A stretch of DNA of 59,890 nucleotides, the filler included, from Circinaria calcarea (lineage: Eukaryota), in assembly GCA_051942165.1 (NCBI GenBank). It is 6 parts of 6 records of this genome, joined end to end, with 100 filler letters (N's around TTAATTAATTAA, not from the genome) between each part and the next. Parts side by side here need not be neighbours in the genome. Positions count along the whole stretch, not along the records: positions 10,019 to 19,927 come from JAVECS010000872.1; positions 20,028 to 29,929 come from JAVECS010000873.1; 4 more parts are not named here. The stretch is one strand, 5' to 3'. Position 1 is the stretch's first letter, and each line of letters opens with the position of its first letter. Shown piece after piece: positions 10,822 through 23,590 of this stretch. The notes under the pieces were generated by a model that did not search any database, had not been told where the DNA came from, and saw only the letters and a list, made by a program, of their open reading frames with translations. Position numbers and translations under genes: made by a program.

Positions 10822-12749
10822 TTTTCGTAATCAGAAAAGCACAGGAGTAGAATGTCAAAGCAAACCGCTCCTTGAGCAGTAGGTAAATCGGGAAGTCGAC
10901 CAAATAGTTGTGGCGATAGGACTGTCTAAGTAGTCGGGTAGAGATGAATATGAGGGGAAAGTAAAGATTATATCAACACCAGAAGCAGTTCGCTAAGGCG
11001 CAAGGACCGGCTGATTCATTCCATATACCCGCAGTTGGGTAATCATGGGTGGGGTACTCCCCGATCAGGGGAATGGAGTAAGAGGGTATGCCTCAGTAGT
11101 TCAAGCAAAGTAAGTGGCTATGCTGTACAACACCAACGAGAATTCCAGTTGAGCGACGCGGGCAATGAGAGTCCACGAGTCAAGGCACAAGCTGCGGCGG
11201 GCTTCAAGCTAGCTACCATTACAAATACTCCAAAGGCCGGTACGATGCAACATGTACTATACGAATAGGCAGCTTAACAGTAGGCAGTAAATGCAGCTTT
11301 CTAACAGACCTCCTCTGGTATCTAAATATGCATCTGAGGTCCCACAGCGACTACAAATACATGAGCGAGTAGCAGTGGCTCGGGCGTACCTCAATCAGAC
11401 GATATCACTCCAGGGTATGTCAAATAGGAAATCGTACAAAGAGAACATTTTAGATCAACCTACCAGACCCATTATTTCCTACCATACACCGGAGAAGTGG
11501 GAAGCTTTAAACACAACCTAGGCAACAATGTAGAGGTGTCGTGGCGTCCATTCGATGAAAGAATGGGTGATGTCGTGTTGCCTCCGATTGTAAGGCATTC
11601 ACCACCGACGGTGTAGATTCCTGACCAGCGTCAGGGCCGGCTATCAAGTAACGCCCGATCAGTGATTAAACTGTGGAGTCCTCGATGAGTTGCCCGGTCC
11701 CCTTCACATTTTATCTGAGAGGGCGCAGTCTAAGATAGCCGCAGTAAATAGCTCCGTTGAGTTTGTGTGAGAACTATACGTTACAGCAGTTGGAGGTCAG
11801 TTCCATAGTTACATGTCCCTAACTGCTTGCTCTGCTGGTCTAACATAAGAAGACAAGGAGGAGGAGCGTTATGCATCAGAGCCCCCCTAGCGCGATGGCT
11901 AGGTTCAAACTCTTCGGCAATCTGAAGTAGGGCTTACCCATCTCAATGGATTGTTTTGGGAAACCTTAATAAGCTTTACCAAAGAAGAAAAAGAGCATTT
12001 GGAAATGAGTCCATCGAGCAACCTTCTTCCAAAGGCTAAAAGAGGGGAGGAAAAGACATTAACGTAGAGAACCGGGCGAAATCCTGGGAAACGGTGCCAC
12101 CAGAGTGTGGGATCAAACGTCGAAAACCATGATACCTATTCAACCACACGAACCCCCCGAGGGCCAATGGAGAATAAGATTTACCAGCATCGATCACCGG
12201 TCTCCGAGGCTTTGACGGCATTTGGTATTCCCCACCACCTACAACGTGGAGGTTGGACCGGGAGCGGATCGACAGATCCAGCTATGGTAGTGTCAGTCCT
12301 TGGGACATTGATAACTCAGGAGGATGACCTCGACGCTGGGAGCCTTTCCACTTCCTTTAGACGAATGCACACTGCGATTCATCCTCCACGGATCCTATAC
12401 ATTGTTGAGAAGGGAAGAGCAAAGCAGAAGTCGAGAGTGCCGCTGCGTGGACTTAGAAGGCTCGAAAGCACCCTTAGGTATGTGACGTATTTCATACATC
12501 CTGAATACTGTAGAATAGGTGCTGCGTTCCGTTTACGATCGTCTCCCCTTTGAGATCTGCTTCCCGGGCATATCTTGCATGCTCGGACTGACTGGATCTT
12601 TGTATAGCGCCCTGAGGTATTGTAGCAATCGAAATGTCACAGGAACTCCTTCAGTTGGCAATAAATGACTGTGAGTCTTCCCGAAGAACTCCAGCGGAGT
12701 GGGAAGCGGGTGAAACTTGGTGCTACTGAGGCGGTCCAAAGATACATCT

Positions 12750-13780
12750 CGGGACATGTCTTGGGGCGCCAAGCCATCACTCAGCGTAGACTCGATTTCG
12801 AAGATTCGAGGTAATTGCTGGGTTCACAACCATCTCAATGTATGCTGATACCGTATCAGGCCGCGATGGCTGAGGCAATGTGCAGTTGAAGGAACCAAGC
12901 TTTCTTCAACGTGTAAGTCGGCCTTCACAATATCAGGCCTCGACGAAGTTGAATACACAAGGCTGATCTATAACCTGTTTCTTAGCTTCCCCGGTATTGC
13001 CTCCGTTACCGCCTTCACATTGAACGCCGCGAGTGCTATCGGGGTAACTGCCTTTGGGTCCCTTTTCCAGATCGGCTGCGCCTTTGCCATTGGGATTGCC
13101 TTTCGACGGCGGGTGGCCATGTCAATCCAGCCAGCACTGTATGTTTCGCCCTTTGGCATGGCTTCCCGCAGAGGAAAGTACCCCACTACAATCTCTCCCA
13201 GATATTGTGCGCTTTCATGGCTGGTTTACTTTCTGCTTTCAAAGCAGAGAGTTTGGCCAAGGCGGTTCCCCTAGTGGCAAATGATGGCATTGCGAGCATA
13301 CTTTGCATGATTCCAAATCCGGACCAAACTAATCTGGGATAGCTATTTCTTGTTAAATGGTTTGTCGAAAGCTTCATCTAAAGTCATGGCTTCATAATGG
13401 AGCAACTTCTTTTGACTGTCAACAAGGGCATTGTTTTCTGGGCTATCTCAATCCTGCGAAACCTTTCATCTCCCCCCGAAGCGCACCCTTTCTTATTGGA
13501 ATGGCATATGCCAACATGGTCCGGGGGTTTGCCAGTATCTCTTTGTCAACCAACCTGGTTCGTGACTTGGGCACTCGTATCGTCGCAACCATTTTGTAAG
13601 GCGGCGAAATCTTTTCGTACCACCATTATTCTTGGATAGTAGTCTTGGTTATTGTCCCAGTGACAATCTTTGCCACTGCCTACTACGAGTTATTGATGCG
13701 TGACCGCTCAGTAGGATTGAAAAGGACGTTCTGTACGTGAAGGCGGCGAGGAAGGACTGAGGAGGCAAATCACACACGTA
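12750..13780 (+). pseudogene. Aquaporin/aquaglyceroporin (MIP family) pseudogene
   Basis: Fragments in different frames: RRLDFEDSR|PRWLRQC, FPGIAS, GGHVNPASTVCFALWHGFPQRKVPHY, PNPDQTNLG*, STNLVRDLGTRIVATIL*GGE...FATAYYELLMRD. Several stops and frameshifts. Confidence 0.85.
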
Positions 13781-15311
13781 AGCATTAGCTTTGGTAACCG
13801 TATTTACAGACCAGACGGCATACTCTCTTCAGCCATGATGAGCATATCAAAGAACTCCCTAACTCTACTCCAGTTGACTTATACGGAACAGCTAACGCTC
13901 TCCAGACGGGGATTCTGGAAACCGGTGCCACCAATGCGCTCCCGGATAAGCCAACCTGTATACGCGATGTACAGCGGTTGAACTGTGCACCTATCATAGT
14001 CGCATTGGAAAGATGTGAGAGAGAATTTGGAAATAGCACCGGTCTACCCAGCATAGCCGAGAATAATAAAGATGGAGACCGCTATATCCATAAAACCTTG
14101 TTTGAGATTGTTTTGATGTTAGCTACATAGTTGAGCTATCACGGTCCAGCGATTGTTCTCCAATAGCTTTGACCTTTTCAAGCGAACAACAGGTCGACTC
14201 GGTTCGGTCGTGATACTTCCCACTGTTTGATGCGTGACCATCCCCAAGACTGCAGCCGAGTGGATCGGGTGTCAGTTAACTTGACTTTCTCCGCGAGTAG
14301 GCTCAAAGTCCAACCAAGCTGCATTTGCCCCCCGAATACTCTGTAGGGAACGGATCTCTGGCCTTGGCAATCCCGTCTAACCACCTCCGTGGCCAAGGCG
14401 TGGCCAAGGCGTTATTCCTCTTCGTGCTTGTTCTGCCGGTTTTAGCGCTTCCAGGGCGGGGAATGAAGAAGGCCGGGAAGAGCTGGGGAATCTGTAGAAT
14501 CGGGTAAGGGGAATTGAAGATTGCGGGGTATTCTAAGATCGGCCAGCTGGACTTGCAGCTATCCGGGACTTGAGCTTACTCTGGAGAGGGCAATAATGCG
14601 ATCTCTCGAGATACCTGTTCCACGATCTGAGGATTACGGGGACGGAGCACTGGCGGGTAAAAGCCCAAGGGACGGGACTAAAGTGTGGAGAATCCCTGTT
14701 ACAGCCGAGGTATCTTGGCTGTGTCCTACTCCCGTGTATCGAGAATTTCCCTCGAATAACATTCGAAGGACGACAAGTCGCCGTTATCTGTACGGTTGAA
14801 CCCTGCGGGAAACCCATGGGCTTACTCCGCCTTCTCCGTCCCTGGTTGGGACAGCGACAGGATCTGCATTGGCGAGCACAAGCATCTCTTCAAGCACCGA
14901 TCAACGTCGCATACCCAGCCAACCGCGCAGGAGACTATACTTAGACGCCAACCAAACTCAAAATCACCCCAGATCTCTTTGCCACGGGTATCCTCAAGAA
15001 AGCAATTACCCCTTCCCCAACTAGCCATCATCGCCTTGTTTGGATATCCTCTACCATGTTTCTCCTCCGTTATATCCTAGTTTTTAATGCCGTTCTCATT
15101 GATGTATGGTAGCCACAAATTTAACCTTGCTGACTCGCTTCTCTCACCCCTTGGCTTGCAAGCTTACCTCTCGCCGCTTGCCTTGTAGGTTACCTTTCTT
15201 CTATATAACTTCCCTTTTCCGCTATGGAAATGGACCAGCAAGCCTCATTCTTTGCTTTCTAGTACCATTCATTTTCTCAAAGTTTTGTCCATCGTTTGAA
15301 TTCTCTCAAGC

Positions 15312-16248
15312 ATGCTTTCCAGCATACTCTTTCAGGTTCTCCTTGCTGGGGCAGCCGCCGCCGTTCCCATCATCGAGCAACGTGAAGCTGCCTGCACTCC
15401 CATCCACATCATCGCCGCCAGAGGCAGCACAGAAGCTCCCGGGCCTGGTGCTATAGGTTCTCTCGCTACTTTGATTCAGGCCGCAAACCCAGGGACTGAC
15501 CTCGAGTCTATTACCTACCCTGCTTTGCTCGGTAAGATAGAATGGCGTCCACGGAAGATTGTCGGCTCGATGTTGACACGAACCAACGTAGTACCCTATG
15601 ATTTCTCTTCTTCCGCCGGAACCGCAGCAGTCTCATCTCAGCTGACTGCATATGTCAGGCGATGCCCAAGCTCAAAGGTGAGTTTCATCATGATGTGACA
15701 CCCGATGTTCAACGGCTAAAGGGGAACAGGTGGTGTTGCTAGGCTACTCCCAGGTATGGACCGCGTTCCCTCCATAAGAGTATCTCGACTGATCGACCGG
15801 TTTCAAGGGTGCCCACATCCTTCTTGACAGCCTGTGCGGAGGTGGTGGCTACCCCGGGCTTGGTCCAGCTACTCAACCACTCCCGACTGCCATTGGAGAT
15901 CACGTCACTGCCGTTGTGCAGTACGGTGACCCACGCTTCCTCTTCGGCCAGCCATACGACGCCGGAACAAACAAGAGAACCAATGGGGTATGTCCAGGGA
16001 GCACCACCTTTCACCAGGCTATCAACATGCAATCTCACATTACTAATACATCTTCTCTCTATCCACAGATCTTCCCCCGTCGACTTCCGGCCCAGTCATG
16101 CGCTCGTTACGCCAGCAAGATCCGCTCTTGGTGTGATGTCGGAGACCCATTCTGTGCAAGCGGCTTCGACCTTGCTGCTCACTTGGATTATGACCAGGAG
16201 TATGATCAAGCTGCGTTAGCGTTTGTTAACCAGAAGCTTGCTGCTTGA
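15312..16248 (+). CDS. Secreted cutinase-family (CE5) acetylxylan esterase
   Basis: Signal peptide; CTPIHIIAARGSTEAPG; GYSQ|GA nucleophile split by an intron; QYGDP; WCDVGDPFCASG...H. About 5 exons. Confidence 0.9.
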
Positions 16249-16684
16249 TGTAGGGTTTAGGATGATTGACGAGCATATTATATATGGAGTCAAAGGGGAA
16301 AATATCTGCTAAATATGCTTGTGTTATTTCGGCCTAAATGTTGCTTCAATACATTGTGGGTTATATCTACATGTTGATGCTAACTCTTCCCTTGTACATG
16401 TTGCTTGAAAAGTTCCTTTACATAATTAAGCTCGGAATTCTGACCCGAACATTGGTGCAGCTCTGAATCTTACTGTTTATGTATATAGTCGTGGATACAA
16501 TAGTCATAAGAAAAGAACTGAGATTAATATGAGTCTGCATATCCTGATATATGCTTGTGCCGAACTCCAGGCATGGTAAAGTCTGCGCACGCTGAAAAGA
16601 TTTGTTGTATAAAACTAGGCGTTTCCCTCTCTCGCTGGCGCTCGTTCGGGAGGTAGGCTTCGCTACCGCGTGGTATTACATAAA

Positions 16685-17250
16685 ATCCCCAGCTTTAATT
16701 GCTCCTTCAATTTTCAACGAAATCTTAATAATAGAAGCTCAGATTAAAGTGCTGAATAAGCGCTTTCGAATACCGTTTTATTTGCTGAATTCGGTAGAGG
16801 AAATGAAATCATATTTCACTGCGAACATGACGGTGGAAAACATAATATGCGTGCTTCCACTTTGCGAATATTACGCGAAAACTACATAGAATCCCCACCT
16901 TTAATTACTTTATCGATTTTCAATAGAATTTAGTATATAGAAGCTTATATTAATGTGCGGAATGAGCGCTTTCAAATGCGGCTTCATTTAATAAAATCGG
17001 TAGGGGAAACAAAATCATATTTCACTGCGAAAATGAAGGTGGAGAACATGATATGCGTGCTTCCACCATAGGAATACTACGCGAAAACTACGTGGAATCC
17101 CCAGCTTCAATTACTTTATCGATTTTCAATAGAATTTGGTATATAGAAGCTCATATTAATGCGCTGAATGAGTGCTTTCAAATGCCGTTTTGCTTACTAA
17201 AATCGGTAGGGTAGAAAAAATCATATTCAACTGCGAAAACTATAGTATGC
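16685..17250. repeat. ~206-bp tandem subrepeats (~2.7 units) inside the Helitron
   Basis: Units begin atcccca at ~16685, ~16891 and ~17097. Each contains atagaagct, gcttt..aat, aatcatatt and ctgcgaa. Confidence 0.85.
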
Positions 17251-17470
17251 GTGGTAGAATGCATACTCGCGAAATCCATTGCAGCGCTGCCAGGCATGCT
17301 ATTCCCAAGATTGAATTACTCTACGAATAACGCCTCAAAATACGAAGTTGAAACGGCTATTTTATTGCTGCATTCAGCTCTATTCAACGCTGCTTTAATA
17401 TCGAAAATCCGTCGGTGGCGCATGGAGTTATATCGTTACGAAATGGTGGGTGGTAGTAACTGAAGATCTT

Positions 17471-17588
17471 CACGTGATCTCCGTTTTCCACTGGACCCTT
17501 TAATTTTTTAACGTATCTTTCTGCCGTGGACACGTGATCTCCGTTTTCCACTGGACCCTTTATTTTTTTAACGTACTCTTCTGCCGTG
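17471..17588. repeat. 60-bp tandem duplication inside the Helitron
   Basis: cacgtgatctccgttttccactggaccctt...ctgccgtg occurs twice, with a diverged third copy at ~17784. Confidence 0.9.
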
Positions 17589-18469
17589 CTCCCATACATA
17601 CCCATATATTTAATGCGACATAACTATTGCGCCTACCAACAGATTTCTTACAATAGGAGCCTATTTTAATCGCTAAGCTACGCTCTTTCATTTGAACCTG
17701 TATTCGCGGAAAACTATTGATTTTTGGTGAGTGCATCGAAACTGCAAGTCGAAGTGCTTTAGAGATCGGATTTTGAAGTTCTTCACGTGATCTCCGTTCT
17801 GCTTGGCGGACCCTTTTTCGATCTTGGCGCTTATTATTTTGTTGTTTCTAATTTAGCAGCCTATCTAGATATAACGATGGCAGCGCAGAGCTTGGTGCAG
17901 AAAGTCTCGCCTAGGTCTCAAGACGCAGGTGGCTTTAGATGGATTGGGAGAGTAAGAGATGATTGGGATGTGAGTACGGACTTTGATAAACGGAACTGAT
18001 AACACCTGGGTGGGGATACGATATAGGGAGGGGTTACTGTACGTGGGGAATAAAAAATGGAGAGGATTTGCGGGAATGTGCAAAGTAGTAGCTCAATAAG
18101 TTTTGGCCCTTAGCTCCGGATCCGTGATCACCTAGTTGTAAATTATTAACACAAATGGCAATGGGAAGGTTCTGACTTGAAGGAAGAAGAGAGAGAGAGG
18201 CGAATTGATGGCCTGTCGAACTTTCGTTTGGATTTCCTAGTCGTCCCACTTAGCCTTATCGCTTGCGATGTACGGGTGCTCGCATTTCTCTCTCCAAAGA
18301 GTGCGTGGGATGAATGTAACGTTATATTACAAATCCATCACGCCATCCCCTTGTCATATAGATACTGCCCTGAGAGTATTAGCTCTCCCAACAATGTACG
18401 TCAACCTACTCAGTCCGCATCGACAACCTTTCTACCGACTCCATTCACACAGATCGCCCACACCAAGCC

Positions 18470-19531
18470 ATGCCTCCCTCGTCTCCCCTACTCGCTATTA
18501 TCGCTGGTGTCGGTTCAGGCACCGGTGCTTCGGTCGCCCGGAAATTTGCTCAAACTTATCCCGTTGTTCTCCTCGCCCGAAATCCTGCCAACTATGAACC
18601 ATTGGTGAAAGAAATCAACAGCGGTGGGGGAAAAGCACTAGGGATATCTGCGGACGTGTCGAACGAGAAGAGCATGAAGGAGGCATTTGAACAAATCAAG
18701 GGAGAAGGGAAGGACGGGGTTGCTGTGCGTATCGTTAGGAGGGAATCGGTTGGATGGATGGATTAATGGGAACAGGGGCTAACAAATACGTGCGACTCTA
18801 GGCAGCTGTGTTCAATGTTGGAGGACAATTCATCAGAAAGCCGTTCCTGGAAATGTCCCTGGAAGACTTTGAGGCAGGATACGAAGCCAATGGGTATGCT
18901 CTGTCCTCCTCATACGGTCCTATCCTTAAGCCTTGCTATTCTCCAACGCCTACCTTCAACCTGGAAGCTTACGTTAACCTTGGCTTGAATTATATAGCCG
19001 CGGCGCCTTCATCTTCTCTCAGCATACTATTCCACTCCTTCTCAACAGCACCAGCCCGAAACACCCTCCAACCCTCATCTTCACCGGTGCCACCGCCTCA
19101 ATTAAAGGCTCTGCGTTATTCTCCTCCTTTGCATCCGGGAAATTTGCTCTGCGAGCCTTGGCGCAGAGCTTGGGTAGGGAGTTTGGACCGAAAGGAATAC
19201 ATGTTGCACATGCGATTGTAAGCCCATATCAGAATCGGGATCGACCACGGTTGGCGGCGATGAGGTAGATCCAGGCTGAGTTTACACACACAGATTGATG
19301 GCGTCATTGATATTGAAGCCACGAAAGATTGGAAGGTTTCCGATGCACCAGATGCAAAGATAAGCCCTGAGGCCGTAAGTCTCCACATTTCTTGTCCTCT
19401 CAGATTAAAGGACCTTCAAGCTGATACTGTCATCTTAATAGATTGCGGATGCATACTGGTATCTCCATACTCAACCACGAACGACTTTTACACACGAGAT
19501 TGATATACGACCATATGTGGAAAAGTGGTAA
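18470..19531 (+). CDS. Short-chain dehydrogenase/reductase (multi-exon)
   Basis: AIIAGVGSGTGASVARKFA Rossmann motif; LIFTGATA; FASGKFALRALAQSLGREFGPKGIHVAH; ends EIDIRPYVEKW*. Confidence 0.88.
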
Positions 19532-19639
19532 TAACGCAAGAACTTTGTAGATAATCGAGCTCAAAGAAAGTAAATAAATTATAAAGAGGGCATTATGTTT
19601 TCAACAAGCTTTACGGTATAACCGGAACATTCGTGATAT

Positions 19640-19927
19640 AAGTAACGGCAATACTATATAATACTAAACGTATAGGGAGGGAAATAGTAAATAAAAGCCA
19701 CGATTTCTAATATTTTTTTTATTATTATAACGCGACGCCATACTTTCAAATAACCAAGAAACCGGGGCGGAATAATTAGAAGCCGAACGTTTTTTAAATT
19801 TTTTTTATTAAAAATAATAAAAAATTTAATTAAAAAATTTAAATTATATTATTAAAATCTACGGGCCCTTATTTTATATTATTATATAATTTATAATAAG
19901 AAGTGGTTGTGTAACACGCGATATTAT
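19640..19927. repeat. AT-rich RIP-like repeat remnant at contig end
   Basis: Abrupt fall in GC and TpA excess running up to the assembly break. Confidence 0.55.
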
Positions 19928-20027
19928 NNNNNNNNNNNNNNNNNNNNNNNNNNNNNNNNNNNNNNNNNNNNTTAATTAATTAANNNNNNNNNNNNNNNNN
20001 NNNNNNNNNNNNNNNNNNNNNNNNNNN
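19928..20027. other. Artificial contig linker
   Basis: N44-TTAATTAATTAA-N44. Confidence 0.98.
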
Positions 20028-20852
20028 GGCGAGACCAAGCACCTATACTTTCGCCGAGTCCGCCATTCGCAATTCACTCTACCTTTGGCTTGTAAGCAGG
20101 ATAGTCTTGATGGGCGAAGACTATGCTACTGCGTGGGGAATCTTCAATACCATACGTTGGGGTCTGGTGATGGTTCCCGTGCAAGCTCTAGAGGCATCTA
20201 CGCTTACCTTTGTCGGACATAATTGGGGTAAATGGAGAGCACGCGTGGGTGTTGAGATACGAAGGCCCAAAGCCTCGAAAGCGGATATACTTGGTAAGCA
20301 CCTCTAAAATTCCTTGGAAACAAACGAGACCTAACAGTCCGGAAAGGCATCATTCGACCTGCGCTTGTGTCCTCGATTATCGCTCTGGTGTTCGAAGTGA
20401 TCATGTGCATTTGTCTGTCGACGCGAGGGATGCAGCCGTTTGCGTATTATCTCTCTCAATCTCCACGAGTGGCGGAGATCACCGAGACAATGTTCAGAGT
20501 CAGTGCCGGATTCCTGTACCTTTTAGCATATGATCTAACCACCTTACAGAGTATAGATTGGTGCTACATCTTCTATGGACTAGATCAGCAACTGGCTGCG
20601 ATTTTACTTGCCACGTCCCCTCGCTGGTATCTTTACCAAGCCCTTGCATCGAATTTCCTCTGGATACTCCCTTGGGCGATCGTCGTGACTAAGATCCAGA
20701 TCCCAAAAACCACAGCGTGGACGTATTATGCAGTTATATTTGGCGGGGCTCTAGTATTTAATTTTCTTGACTTGGTACTAACGGTCTCGCTCTGGGCGTG
20801 GAGGTTAGCTAAAGGGAAGATGAAAGTACGACCGATTCAGCGAGCTATCTAG
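20028..20852 (+). CDS. Polytopic membrane protein, MATE-like, C-terminal part (5'-truncated)
   Basis: [36 protein letters not shown] and several hydrophobic helices. Introns near 20294 and 20498. Confidence 0.55.
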
Positions 20853-21836
20853 TGGCTGGAGAAGGAGGCATGGCTCTTGTTGTGGCGTCTTGATCGCAGA
20901 GGGACAAGTAGCCTCTAATTGAGATTTGTATATTGTATCGCTGGCGACCTACTGAGGATTACTATGACTTATCTGGGCTTCTCAATCTAAGTTTGCAACA
21001 TAGCCATCACGTATTGGGCAGACACCAGGAGGAGTCTTTTGCTGCGTGATACCGTAGTCAGGTGAGAGAACTGAAAATCTCCCAGTCGCGTGGTCTTCTG
21101 TGGTACTCGGGAATGATTTTATGCAAACGAAGCGGCGACCCCCTGCTAAACGAAAAAGTTATGGTAACCAATTTTTGGCAAAGCGGGGTAGGAAGAATGA
21201 ATAGCAGACGGAGGCCCCCCATATCCTTCTGTTTCCTGCATGTGCTCGCTGCTGGTCAATTACTCCACCCCTATGTATTCAGTCACGTAAATGTGTACGT
21301 AACGGCCGCTCAGTAAGAAATCCCTTCTGTATGCAGGCCGAATCAGAACACTCCGAGGACCTCCATTTTCTACGAAAATCAGCGCGTGGCAATTCCTTAC
21401 TAATGTGCCTATGCCTACTGTAATACTTGATCCCTCACCAGTCTACGAATGTAATATGCATACGCCCCGGTTGCAATTAGGCGATTACGAGTGGTATTAT
21501 GAAATAATTACTTGAGCAAAATAGCAAACGGCGATTCGGAATTCCCGTCTACCTAGATTTTTCTTTTCTGATAATATTAGTAATAATAATAGCATACACA
21601 ATACCGATTTGTATTATATACTGAATAGATCGAGCAAAGTAAGTACTTTTTAGGGACGGTTAACGGCTAATGCGGAGTTACGCTAGAAGCTGAGCCCTGT
21701 GAAACTGCGAGATTTCGGGAGCGGCTCGTGTGTCGTCCGAACTTAGTGTCCTCCTTTCGTCGTTATTTCAGGCCATTTTGAAGGCTATCTACCAAGTAGT
21801 ATGAGTAGAGGCTTGGCATTTCGAGATATCCACAAG

Positions 21837-23521
21837 ATGGAGAGAAGCTATGAGGTAACAGCAATACCGCGAAAAAATAGTCTAGCATCTTCTAATCCAA
21901 AATTAGAGTGCCATAAGCCATCTCGGTAGCAGACGCCGGAGCTTCAAACCTAGTTGGAGGGGAATGCCTAGTAAAAACTTAACGCGGATGAGAGAGTGGT
22001 TACAACTGCTCGGTTATTCAGTACTACCATAGTACATGTTTAGATGTGGTACTGAAGTGCTATTGACCACCCGTACAGGACATCGACCTCAACCGTTTGA
22101 ATCTTATACATGTCGCAGGGACAAAAGGAAAGGGTAGCACGTGTGCATTTGCTGCTTCTTTCCTTGGAGTGCATGGGGAAAGGACTGGCTTTCCGAAGAA
22201 GATAGGCCTATACACTTCGCCACATCTCAACACTGTGCGAGAGAGAATCCAGATCAACTCCAGACCGATATCCAAAGCGCTTTTCGCCAAGTACTTTTTC
22301 GAAGTCTTAGACAGGCTTTCCGGTCATGTTGCCTCAAATGAAATCGACTGGGAGAAGATACCTCGGTATCTTCAATTTCTAGCCCTTTTATCGTTTCACG
22401 TTTTCATCAGCGAAGGGGTGGAGGCGGCCATCTACGAAACCCACAGTGGTGGAGAATGTGACGCGACGAACATCATCTCACAGCCGATCGTCACCGGAAT
22501 CACCACCCTTGGGATGGATCATGTTGAGTTGTTCGGCCCATTGCTTGAAAACATAGCCTGGCATAAGGCAGGAATCTTCAAATCAGGAAGTCCTGCTTTT
22601 TCAACTTCCCAAGAGCCAGAAGCCACTGCTATGCTAGAGTCTCGAGCGGCCGAAAAAAAAGTCACCCTGAAATTTATCAACATCGATCCTACACTTCCGG
22701 CTAACGCACCGGCACTGAAGCCCGAGGTTCAGAGAGTAAATTGCTCTCTAGCTCTTGCTCTCGTGAATGCCTTTTTGGAGGAAAGGGCCCCCAAAGAACA
22801 TCCCCGTCTAACGCCACAGGATATCCTTCGAGGAGTAGAGCATTTTGCCTGGCCAGGACGGTTTCAAAGTATCATTGAAGGAAATCATCAGTGGTTCCTA
22901 GATGGAGCCCATAACGAGTTAAGCGTGCAGAAAGCTGCGCAGTGGTTCGGTGAAATTACCTCGGAATCGCAAAGGTAAGTCAATCAGCTTAAAAACCCGG
23001 TAAGAAAACTATCAGCTGAATATTGCCAGCAACGCTTCGTATCGTACACGTATTCTTATTTTTAGCCATATATCGCAACGGGATGGCGGCGCTCTTCTGA
23101 AATGCATAGCCCAAGCTCTACAAGAAGATGGTGTAGGTGTACAGCACGTTATCTTCAGCACTTATAAAAAAACGCAAGATGGTACCACCAAGACCGGTAT
23201 GATTTATTACTATATCTCTACGGTAATTATTTAATGCTTCCTCTAGAAACAAGCTTCGAAAGCCCCGAACTCCTCGCCTCGCAAAGCCTCCAAGAGAGTT
23301 ACGTAGAAGTCTGGAAAGGCATTGATCCTGGGGTTAGAGTGTCAATCGAACCGACAATAGAAGGAGCTTTGGAGTTGGCAAGGAGGATCGGCAATCGAGG
23401 TAAAGGAATGCAGGCTTTGGTGACGGGGAGCTTGCATCTGGTTGGCGGTGCTCTATGGCTTTTGGAACCGATTATTCCAAGTACACCAAACGGTGAAACC
23501 ACCGACACCACTGCCGACTGA
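21837..23521 (+). CDS. Folylpolyglutamate synthase (Mur-ligase family)
   Basis: IHVAGTKGKGSTCAF, GLYTSPHL, IAWHKAGIFK, WPGRFQ, WFLDGAHN, LVTGSLHLVGG. ATG at 21837 with a short first exon (MERSYE); about 5 exons. Confidence 0.92.
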
Positions 23522-23590
23522 TAAGTCGCATTTTTGTGCCATATTCTATGATGGTGGCTGGTACTTTACAGGTCTGGCTTAGAATTCGTC

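Larger units (their letters stand above)
16615..17869 (-). mobile_element. Non-autonomous Helitron-like element, copy 2
   Basis: On the minus strand it ends ...GGGAAACGCCTAG|T at 16615, with a candidate A|TC 5' end at 17869. Same hairpin as copy 1. Three ~206-bp subrepeats and a 60-bp tandem duplication. Confidence 0.78.

Noticed and set aside
11880..11915. GGTTCAAAC T-loop-like motif suggesting a tRNA
   Set aside because: No cloverleaf stems or A-box could be built around it.
16602..16889. Paralogous small ORFs (6086-6268 and 16602-16889, FPLSLAL.REVGFATA)
   Set aside because: They are translations of the Helitron 3' end on its antisense strand, with non-ATG starts and no sign of coding constraint.
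16685..17588. CRISPR-like array
   Set aside because: The units are contiguous tandem repeats without unique spacers, there are no cas genes, and the DNA is eukaryotic.
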